This document shows, in pieces, positions 36,933 through 44,296 of a DNA stretch of 44,296 nucleotides. The DNA comes from Bdellovibrionia bacterium (lineage in GTDB: Bacteria; Bdellovibrionota; UBA1018). The stretch spans positions 1 through 44,296 of the forward strand of contig JBJMMA010000191.1 in NCBI GenBank assembly GCA_045805065.1. The letters are read 5' to 3'. Both the position numbers and the translations under genes were made by a program. The notes under the pieces were generated by a model. It saw nothing but the letters and a program-made list of their open reading frames with translations. It did no database searches and was not told where the DNA came from. Every line of letters starts with the position of its first letter. Within the stretch, counting starts at the first letter, position 1.

Positions 36933-38477
36933 TCAGACGGAGCTCAATGAACCGCTCTCTTCATCATGAGACTGATGAGCTTGAGAGATCTGATTGAGCT
37001 TCACTTCAAGCCCACGCGGAGCCGAGATCAGACCCACTTGCGCAAGTCTTTCCTGCGGCAAGCGAATCGAAATCTGCACACTCGTACCTGGCATGCCTGA
37101 AGCGGTCATCGTCCCACCCTGGGTCTTGATCACCCGATGAGCAAGAGTCATCCCCAGACCCTTTTCACTGATCCAGTGTTTCAAGACATCCACTTCAGGA
37201 CCGGTGCTGCTGATGCGGCTACCCCCACTTTGATGATCGCGGGCGCGCTCAGAATCCTGAACAATGATCTCCACGCCACGGAAAGACCCATGCACGGGCT
37301 GCTCCACTGAAACGTGAATCGAAGTCCCTTGATGAAGAGTCGAGGCAACCTTGGTAATCGCCTGCATGATCACGCGCTCAAACCGGCGCGCATCCAGGCG
37401 TACCCAGATCGGCATCGGAGGTACCGCGGTTGAGATCTGCTTCTCAAGACCAGGACCTGCGTTGAGCGTACGGGACACTTCGTTGACCAGCTCGGAGAGA
37501 TCGCAAAGGTTCTCGTCCATGCGTGAATCCAGTCGTGCGTACTCAATGATATCTTCCATATCATCCAGGCTGCCTGACAGCATGGCCAGACCGCGCTTGA
37601 CGGAATCAATCGTACGAAGCTCTTCTTCAGAATCCAAGGACTGGCCCGCACTGCCTAAAAGGTGCTTACCTTCGGTCAGCATGATGAGCGGAGAGCGAAG
37701 GTCGGAGACCACATCCAGAATGAACTTGTGACGCTCTCTGGCATGGCCTTGAACCATCTGGGTCAGCTGCGCCAGTGCGCTTTGGATATCGCCAAAACGG
37801 CCCTTGAGCGTCGGCATTTTCTGAACATCCAGAGTGCCTGCGCGAAGTGCTTTTGAATAGTGATGCATCCGACGAAGCGGACGCTCGTAAATCCAATATT
37901 CGCTGACAAAGTGAAAGACAAAGAGCGCCAGAATCAGGCCGCTCAAGCCAACGAGTACTGGCGTGGCATGATCCTGAGCATTACGGGATTGAGTCTCAAT
38001 CTCAGCAATGCGCTCCTGAGTGCTTTCGTCCAAATTCGTCAACGTGCGACCGATTCGGTCATGAAGCGAAACCATCTCAGCCTTCTGATAAGCGTCCTTA
38101 TTGTAGGCAGTCCGCTCAAACTTGACGGCAAACTCCATCATCGAGTCCAGATTGTGGCGAACACTTTCCAGAGACGAGGTTTCTTCGGCGTTTGGATCGA
38201 GTTTTTCAAACTGGGTCAGACCGGCCGTGAGGGCCTGGCGAAGCGAATCCTTGGCCTGGTCCATCTCGGTTGGGGTCATCTTTCTGAAATGCGCGCTCAT
38301 TCTGCGGTACTTTTCAAGGCTTACGGTCATATCGCGTAAGGCCCCTTGGCGCTGCTGCAACTGCTCAACGTGAGCGCGCAGTCGATCATGTTGCTGAACA
38401 GACTGACGGTGAAGAACAACCATGGCTCCGAGCGCGAATGTCACCGCCAGGAGGATCAAAAGAGAAAATCGCTTCAT
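36933..38477 (-). CDS. Membrane sensor with HAMP and pseudo-histidine-kinase domain
   Basis: Two TM helices, periplasmic helical domain, HAMP, VSDLRSPL (no His), GLGMTLA..VIK.QGG; AAGGAG RBS. Confidence 0.8.
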   Translation of the reverse strand: MKRFSLLILLAVTFALGAMVVLHRQSVQQHDRLRAHVEQLQQRQGALRDMTVSLEKYRRMSAHFRKMTPTEMDQAKDSLRQALTAGLTQFEKLDPNAEETSSLESVRHNLDSMMEFAVKFERTAYNKDAYQKAEMVSLHDRIGRTLTNLDESTQERIAEIETQSRNAQDHATPVLVGLSGLILALFVFHFVSEYWIYERPLRRMHHYSKALRAGTLDVQKMPTLKGRFGDIQSALAQLTQMVQGHARERHKFILDVVSDLRSPLIMLTEGKHLLGSAGQSLDSEEELRTIDSVKRGLAMLSGSLDDMEDIIEYARLDSRMDENLCDLSELVNEVSRTLNAGPGLEKQISTAVPPMPIWVRLDARRFERVIMQAITKVASTLHQGTSIHVSVEQPVHGSFRGVEIIVQDSERARDHQSGGSRISSTGPEVDVLKHWISEKGLGMTLAHRVIKTQGGTMTASGMPGTSVQISIRLPQERLAQVGLISAPRGLEVKLNQISQAHQSHDEESGSLSSV

Positions 38478-38614
38478 TCTGAGAGAACTCCTTTTCACAA
38501 AAGCGCATCCCTGCGCAAAGAATTACATACGCATTGTATATAAACAAAGTTGCGTGTCGACGCATTTATTCTCACTTTGTGCAATTATTCGCGGAGAAAC
38601 GCGCTTTTTATCAA

Positions 38615-38644
38615 GCGACTGGCGGCGACTAGCGGTGACTAGCG
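38615..38644. repeat. 10-bp tandem repeat, three copies
   Basis: GCGACTGGCG GCGACTAGCG GTGACTAGCG. Confidence 0.6.
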
Positions 38645-39697
38645 AACAAATCCGCCCAAAAGCGAGCCCACGGCCCAGGTAAAGCCGCTGGCAAATCCGC
38701 CGATGACCAGCATTCGGAGCCCTCCCGCCCACGCGCGCTTTCCGGTGAAAAGGCTCAAAGCACAGCCCAGTATAAAGAGCGCTCCGGCAGTGGATCCGAT
38801 GGAAATCGAGAGAGCGTGCGGGTTACCACGGAAAATCAGAAACGGCAGAAGCGGCACCAGAGCGCCTGCCGCAAACGAGATAAAGGATGAGCTTGCGGCC
38901 CCCCAGGGTGAACCCAGGTCATGAGGATTGAGCCCAAGCTCTTCCCGCGCCAGCGTGTCCAGGGCTCGCTCAGGATCGGCAATTATTTGCTTGCCCAGTT
39001 TGCGCGCATCTTCCGGAGCAATGCCTTTGGCTTCATAAATCAAGGCAAGCTCCATTGCCTCTTCGTGAGGGTACTCCTCGAGCTCTTCTCGCTCCAAACC
39101 GATCTGATATTCATAGAGCTCGCGCTGAGAGCGAACCGAAACATATTCGCCCGCAGCCATGGAGAACGCTCCGGCAAGAAGTCCTGCCATTCCAGAAATG
39201 ACAATCATATGGGAGTCGCCTGAGGCGGATTGAACTCCACCCGCAACTCCCAACATCAGGCTCGCATTGGATAAGAGCCCATCGTTTGCGCCGAAGACCG
39301 CGGCCCGAAGATTACCGCCTGCCGAGCTTGCGCGATGTCTGCGTTCCATGGCTCCCGCGGTCACAGGGCGCTCATGCCCCGAATAGACGCTAATGCCGCG
39401 CACCTTCATCGCCGCGAGAACCGAAAGCATTCTCTCAGGCCCCACGAAGCGCAATAAAACCGTTACAAACCAGGTTCTGGCATCCGGACGAAATACGGGC
39501 CGAGACTCAGCGGAAGGGATCCAGATCGAGGCTTGCTTTTCCGCGGCATGAGCCAGGGCGTTGAAGAGCTTTTCCCGTGGCGTCCCCACCTCGATTTTCG
39601 CAAGGTGGCGATAGAGATACGCGGAGCGCATTTCTTCATAATAATTTTGCAAATAATTTTCCAAATACTTTTGCTGCTTTTCTTTAGACTTTTGCAT
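38639..39697 (-). CDS. VIT1/CCC1 family metal transporter with ferritin/rubrerythrin-like N-terminus
   Basis: LRAAVFGANDGLLSN, GAFSMAAGEYVSVRSQ, REELG. Confidence 0.92.
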   Translation of the reverse strand: MQKSKEKQQKYLENYLQNYYEEMRSAYLYRHLAKIEVGTPREKLFNALAHAAEKQASIWIPSAESRPVFRPDARTWFVTVLLRFVGPERMLSVLAAMKVRGISVYSGHERPVTAGAMERRHRASSAGGNLRAAVFGANDGLLSNASLMLGVAGGVQSASGDSHMIVISGMAGLLAGAFSMAAGEYVSVRSQRELYEYQIGLEREELEEYPHEEAMELALIYEAKGIAPEDARKLGKQIIADPERALDTLAREELGLNPHDLGSPWGAASSSFISFAAGALVPLLPFLIFRGNPHALSISIGSTAGALFILGCALSLFTGKRAWAGGLRMLVIGGFASGFTWAVGSLLGGFVR

Positions 39698-39730
39698 GGG
39701 AGCTCTGCGAATTTGCACTCATAAGAGGTC

Positions 39731-39759
39731 TTGCAACCCTTCCCCACCCTAGTTACGTT
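39731..39759 (+). promoter_or_regulatory. Putative sigma70 promoter yielding a leaderless mRNA
   Basis: TTGCAA-N17-TACGTT-N6-ATG, no SD. Confidence 0.5.
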
Positions 39760-39765
39760 CATCTC

Positions 39766-40365
39766 ATGGATAAGATCATTTGCGTTGGAAAAAATTATCT
39801 GGAGCATGCAAAAGAGCTCGGCGATGCCGTTCCCGAGAAACCGGTTCTCTTCCTCAAGCCTCCCAGCTCTCTGATCGAAAATTCTAAAGAAGGGTCAGTC
39901 ACGCTTCCTCAAGGGCGTGGGCAAATTCATCCGGAGTGTGAAATCGTTGCTCGGATTCGCATGACACCTCGTGGCCCGGAAATCGACGCAGTCACTCTGG
40001 GACTTGACCTGACGCTCCGAGACATTCAAGCCCAACTCAAGAAAAATGGTCACCCCTGGGAGATTTCAAAAGTTTTTGCAGGATCTGCCGTCATTGGCCC
40101 ATGGATTTCACTCTCGTCTTTTGAAAACTATCTGGACCACGAATTCAGTTTCAGTGTGGATGGCCAAGTTCGTCAAAAAGGAAAAGGCCGTGAAATGCGG
40201 GTTCTTCCCGCGGATTGCCTGAAGGCTGCGTCCGAATCTTTTCCAATTTGTGATGGGGACCTGCTTTTTACCGGGACTCCTGCGGGCGTAGGTCCTGTTC
40301 TGCCCGGACAAATCTCAGAGCTCAAATGGGAAGATCGCCTGAGCTTTCAGGTTCATTGGAAATAA
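39766..40365 (+). CDS. Fumarylacetoacetate hydrolase family protein
   Basis: KIICVGKNYLEHAKEL, FLKP, DLTLRD, GDLLFTGTPAGVG. Confidence 0.93.
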   Translation: MDKIICVGKNYLEHAKELGDAVPEKPVLFLKPPSSLIENSKEGSVTLPQGRGQIHPECEIVARIRMTPRGPEIDAVTLGLDLTLRDIQAQLKKNGHPWEISKVFAGSAVIGPWISLSSFENYLDHEFSFSVDGQVRQKGKGREMRVLPADCLKAASESFPICDGDLLFTGTPAGVGPVLPGQISELKWEDRLSFQVHWK

Positions 40366-40434
40366 ACGCCCTGAGTCAGGGATTAAGATTTGCACTTGAG
40401 TTAAAAGCCTCCGAAAATAGGACAAAATAAGACT

Positions 40435-42108
40435 ATGAACCGAATCTGGCAAAAGAACTACCCTGCAGGAGTGCCGCACGAAATTCAGGCAGACCGTTAT
40501 GCCTCGGTCGTTCAGCTTCTTGAGGAATCCTGCGAGAGATTCGGTGAGCGGACTTCATTCACGAACATGGGCGTGGGACTGAGCTATCGCGAGCTCTGGA
40601 AGCTCAGCGGACATTTCGCTTCTTATCTCCAGCACACGCTCAAACTGAAGAAGGGCGATCGCATCGCCATTCAGATGCCCAACCTGCTTCAATATCCGGT
40701 TGCGATGTTCGGTGCCTTGCGAGCTGGATTGATCGTCGTCAATACGAATCCTCTTTATACTCCTCGCGAGATGCGCCATCAGTTTCGCGACTCAGGCGTA
40801 AAGGCCATCGTTATTCTGGCAAACTTTGCGGACAAGCTCGAAGAGGTCCTTCCTGAAACACAGATCGAGCACATCATCATCACGGAGATCGGCGATCTTT
40901 TCCACACTCCAAAGCGCCAGCTCGTGAATTTCGTCATTCGCCACGTCAAGAAGATGGTTCCACGTCACAGTCTCAAGCATGTGAGCTTTCGTGAAGCGCT
41001 TGAGAAAGGCGCGACCCTTCAACCTAGCACGCCGGTGCTTCAGCCTGAGGAAACCGCATTCCTTCAATACACGGGCGGGACGACAGGGATCTCCAAGGGC
41101 GCCGTTCTCAGTCACCGAAACATTATTTCCAATATGGAGCAGATCGCTGCATGGATGAAGCCTCGCCTGGAAGTCGGCAAGGAAACCATGATGACGCCTC
41201 TGCCTCTTTATCATATTTTTTCTCTGACGGTGAATTGCCTGGCTTTCGTAAAAGTGGGCGCAACCATTGTCCTGGTCACTAATCCTCGCGACTTGCCTGC
41301 CTTCATGAAAGAGCTCAAGCAATCCAAGCCCACGGCAATGAGTATCGTGAACACTCTTGCGAGCGCACTTCTTCATCACCCTGAGTTTAAATCCGTTCCA
41401 TTTGACCAACTCAAGCTGACAGTTGCCGGAGGAATGGCGCTTCAGACCTCCGTTGCTCGTCAATGGAGCGAGTCGACCAGGACCACGATCATTGAAGGCT
41501 ACGGGCTGACCGAGTCCTCCCCTGTGGTCTCCTGCAATCCGGTTGATGATACCGGAAAAGTCGGCACGATCGGCATGCCCCTTCCTTCAACGGATGTTCG
41601 CATCATGTCTGAGGAAAGCCCGGAAGCGGCAGCCAAGGAGCTTGGTGTGGGCGAAATTGGTGAGCTTTGGGTGAAGGGGCCTCAAGTCATGAAAGGCTAT
41701 TGGAACCAGCCTGAAGAGACCGCCAAGGTCATCACTTCAGATGGCTGGCTCAAGACCGGCGACATCGCGCAGATCGATGCCGATGGTTACATCAAGATCG
41801 TGGACCGCAAAAAGGACATGATCCTAGTCTCAGGCTTCAACGTTTATCCAAACGAAGTAGAAGATGTCGCAGGCCTGCATCCGAAAGTGCGCGAGTCAGC
41901 GGCAGTCGGCGTTCCCGATGAGAAATCCGGCGAAGTCGTGAAGCTCTTCGTGGTCAAAAAAGACCCTTCCCTGACAGCGCAGGAACTCAAGCAGCACCTC
42001 AAATCCAATCTGACTGGATACAAGGTGCCACACACCATTGAGTTCATGGATGACCTTCCCAAAAACAACATCGGGAAGATCCTCCGCCGGGAGCTTCGAG
42101 GCAAATAA
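40435..42108 (+). CDS. fadD: Long-chain-fatty-acid--CoA ligase
   Basis: YTGGTTGISKG, EGYGLTESSP, DGWLKTGD, DRKKDMILVSGFNVYPNE. Confidence 0.93.
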   Translation: MNRIWQKNYPAGVPHEIQADRYASVVQLLEESCERFGERTSFTNMGVGLSYRELWKLSGHFASYLQHTLKLKKGDRIAIQMPNLLQYPVAMFGALRAGLIVVNTNPLYTPREMRHQFRDSGVKAIVILANFADKLEEVLPETQIEHIIITEIGDLFHTPKRQLVNFVIRHVKKMVPRHSLKHVSFREALEKGATLQPSTPVLQPEETAFLQYTGGTTGISKGAVLSHRNIISNMEQIAAWMKPRLEVGKETMMTPLPLYHIFSLTVNCLAFVKVGATIVLVTNPRDLPAFMKELKQSKPTAMSIVNTLASALLHHPEFKSVPFDQLKLTVAGGMALQTSVARQWSESTRTTIIEGYGLTESSPVVSCNPVDDTGKVGTIGMPLPSTDVRIMSEESPEAAAKELGVGEIGELWVKGPQVMKGYWNQPEETAKVITSDGWLKTGDIAQIDADGYIKIVDRKKDMILVSGFNVYPNEVEDVAGLHPKVRESAAVGVPDEKSGEVVKLFVVKKDPSLTAQELKQHLKSNLTGYKVPHTIEFMDDLPKNNIGKILRRELRGK

Positions 42109-42123
42109 CCGACTTCAGACCGT

Positions 42124-42525
42124 TCAGGCTGCTCGTTTTTCGATCTGATCGTGCTCGCTATGACCGAGTTCGAGATCGCTGTTCGAAACGATTCCGATCA
42201 TTCGGCGCGACCGATCAAGTACCGGAAGCCTACGAACTTTCTTATCCTGCATCATGCGGCGAACCTCGTCCGCGTCCTGATCATCATAGCAGTACAGAAT
42301 CGGAGAAGTCATCGAGTCAGCTACGCGCGAGCGATTGGGATCCACTCCTGCGGAAACGGCTCGAACGATGATATCCCGATCGGTGATGATACCGACCAAG
42401 CGATCATTGTCGCAAACGGGAAGAGCGCCCACATCTTCGTCATCCATTAATTGCGCAGCGTCCTTGAGAGTCGCTTCGGGTTCAACGGTCTCTACGTGCC
42501 GGGTCATCAATTCGCTGATTTTCAT
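42124..42525 (-). CDS. CBS domain pair protein
   Basis: VGALPV....LVGIITDRDI, VRRLPV....IGIVS. Confidence 0.92.
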   Translation of the reverse strand: MKISELMTRHVETVEPEATLKDAAQLMDDEDVGALPVCDNDRLVGIITDRDIIVRAVSAGVDPNRSRVADSMTSPILYCYDDQDADEVRRMMQDKKVRRLPVLDRSRRMIGIVSNSDLELGHSEHDQIEKRAA

Positions 42526-42539
42526 ATGAGGGCTTATTT

Positions 42540-42555
42540 CGCAAGCCTCATGCCG
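42540..42555 (-). promoter_or_regulatory. Putative sigma54 promoter
   Basis: Minus strand CGGCATGAGGCTTGCG. Confidence 0.6.
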
Positions 42556-42598
42556 ATTTGATCTGGCGGGGTGCGGAAACTTTGAAAACAGCGCACTT

Positions 42599-44104
42599 TC
42601 AGCAATTCAGGCGCGAGCCGCTGGTCGTCACGATCTCAAGCTTTGCAGCAGGTGCTTCGCTGCGAACCGTGCGAACCTCACAAGCGTCACGCAATGTCTG
42701 AAGCGCTTCAGAAAGCGCGGGATCTTCCTCACTCCAGGCGTCAAGCAATCTCTCCACATGCTTTTGAATCAGCTTGCGGTCAGCCTGAATCGTTTCACAA
42801 ATATCCTGATTCAGGCGCAAAGCGCGTTCACGCTGACGTTCAAGCTCTGCTTTGGCTTCCTGAACTTCAGCCTGAGCTTCCTGAACCTGTGCCTGTGCCT
42901 CGGTCCGCACTCGCTCCAGCTCCGCCTTCATATTTTCAGACAGATTCTCGACACCCGATGCAGCCCGCTTTTGCTCCTCGAAAAGCTGCTTTTGAAGCAG
43001 GGCGATCTCCTCGCGGGCCCGGAGCAACTCAAGCTCAGCCTGGCGCGAAGACTGCTCAATAGCCGCAACTTCAGTGCGAGCTTGGGAGAGCTCAGTTCTC
43101 AACGCCTTGGACTCATCCCCCAAAGAGCGGATGATGCTTTCAAGTTTTGAGATCTCTCCGCGCAAAGCTTCTTTAGCCTGCTCACTCTCCAGCTGCGATT
43201 GAGCCTGCTGGGATTGCGACTGAGCATCAGCTTGAGCCTTGAGTCTTTGGATCTCGGCGTTGAATTTTGATTCCAGATCGCGACGAAGTCTTTCGCGGGA
43301 TTGTTCGGATTCCATTCGAGCTTTTTCAAGCTGGGCCAAAGTGCGCGAAAACTCTTCACGCTCTTTGCCAAGCTCAGCCATGATTTGCTCGCGCTCGCGT
43401 GACAGCTGCGCTTCAAACTTCTCGCGTGCAACTTGCTCGACCCGCGAGAGCTCAAGCGTGTGATTTTTTCTAAGCGTATGAATCGCCTCAAGCTCGCGCG
43501 CCATATCATTGTAGCGGGCCTCGGACGAATGAAGCCTGACGAGTGTCGTCTGAAGCTCCTGGCGATGCATTGAAACATGGCCTTCAGCCTTCTCACGCGC
43601 CGTTTTCTCGGCTGCCACACGCTTTTCCAGAGTGCCGAGCGCAAGCTCAAGCTCCTGGATCCGCTTGGCGGAGGTCTCTCCTCGCGAGAGAATATATTGA
43701 GCATGCTTCTCACGCGCCAGAATCTGGCCCCAGGCGTTCCGGTATTGCGTGAGCTCTTTTCGAGTCTTATCAAGTTCCGCACCCAGTTCCTGGATTTGCT
43801 TAGAGCTAGTATCGCGTCCGGCCTGAATCTCCTTCAGCTTGTCCGTCGCCTCCTGCTCCTGTTTTTGCAGAAAGTGCATGCGGGTAATGACCTGATTGAC
43901 GTACTCGCGGAGCTGCTTTGAGTAATTTCTCTCACGAATCAGCGCGGTTTCAAGCGCACGACTTGCGGCCGCGATCGTCTCGATCTGATGCGCAAGCTGA
44001 GAAGGTGCAACTTCACCGGTAGAATGCCGCTCAAGCTCAAGTTTAATGAGATTCAAGTCTTCATTACCAACTGGCCCAACTGACCCATCTGACGTGTATT
44101 TCAT
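42599..44104 (-). CDS. Long coiled-coil hypothetical protein
   Basis: E/Q/R/L/A-rich heptads throughout; GGAGG RBS; ATGA overlap with the upstream gene. Confidence 0.8.
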   Translation of the reverse strand: MKYTSDGSVGPVGNEDLNLIKLELERHSTGEVAPSQLAHQIETIAAASRALETALIRERNYSKQLREYVNQVITRMHFLQKQEQEATDKLKEIQAGRDTSSKQIQELGAELDKTRKELTQYRNAWGQILAREKHAQYILSRGETSAKRIQELELALGTLEKRVAAEKTAREKAEGHVSMHRQELQTTLVRLHSSEARYNDMARELEAIHTLRKNHTLELSRVEQVAREKFEAQLSREREQIMAELGKEREEFSRTLAQLEKARMESEQSRERLRRDLESKFNAEIQRLKAQADAQSQSQQAQSQLESEQAKEALRGEISKLESIIRSLGDESKALRTELSQARTEVAAIEQSSRQAELELLRAREEIALLQKQLFEEQKRAASGVENLSENMKAELERVRTEAQAQVQEAQAEVQEAKAELERQRERALRLNQDICETIQADRKLIQKHVERLLDAWSEEDPALSEALQTLRDACEVRTVRSEAPAAKLEIVTTSGSRLNC

Positions 44105-44295
44105 GGTTGAGCCTCCTGCTGAGCCACTTGTTTGACTTCTGGTTTAAGAGACTTCACCAGATCATTTCGGATCCAGGCGGTTTTACTTCCGCCACCAGTC
44201 CGCACTTCAATCCAGTTATCAAACGATCCTTTCACCAAAAGCTGAAGCTCGGCACGCGCCGTTCCCACCTTATTATAATGAATCCCCGGGCCCGC
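44101..44295 (-). CDS. 3' end of an SH3b-domain protein (partial)
   Basis: Translates as AGPGIHYNKVG...NWIEVRTGGGSKTAWIRNDLVK...QP*, a bacterial SH3 pattern. Confidence 0.7.
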   Translation of the reverse strand, partial: AGPGIHYNKVGTARAELQLLVKGSFDNWIEVRTGGGSKTAWIRNDLVKSLKPEVKQVAQQEAQP

Positions 44296-44296
44296 A

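Overview
Gene-dense bacterial chromosomal window. It is probably from a Bdellovibrionota/Oligoflexia-type organism (inference from a TIGR02147-type regulator, orphan kinases and Pro/Ser-linker lipoproteins). I found no rRNA, tRNA, CRISPR array, transposase or integrase. In order it holds: the end of an HI0933-family flavoprotein; a secreted alpha-toroid-like protein and two paralogous orphan histidine kinases; a TIGR02147 regulator operon with a near-consensus sigma70 promoter and a triple TGATTACAA operator candidate; a GreA/B, acidic protein, S1 protein and methyltransferase run; an alcohol dehydrogenase; an 8-gene glycosyltransferase/carbamoyltransferase/GmhB/SDR cluster next to a heterodimeric ABC exporter and a mutarotase-like gene; a GIY-YIG nuclease; a histidine phosphatase; GTP-type PEPCK; a SWIM-SNF2 helicase; a block of catalytically degenerate envelope proteins; and VIT1, FAH, fadD, CBS, coiled-coil and SH3 genes. 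The most interesting signals are: recurrent sigma54-like promoters placed to give near-leaderless mRNAs; two 11-bp hairpins that bury start codons; a candidate TIGR02147 operator; a CsrA-like AAGGA array; the carbamoylated heptose-type glycan cluster; and clustered pseudo-enzymes. All calls were made by eye with no database searches.
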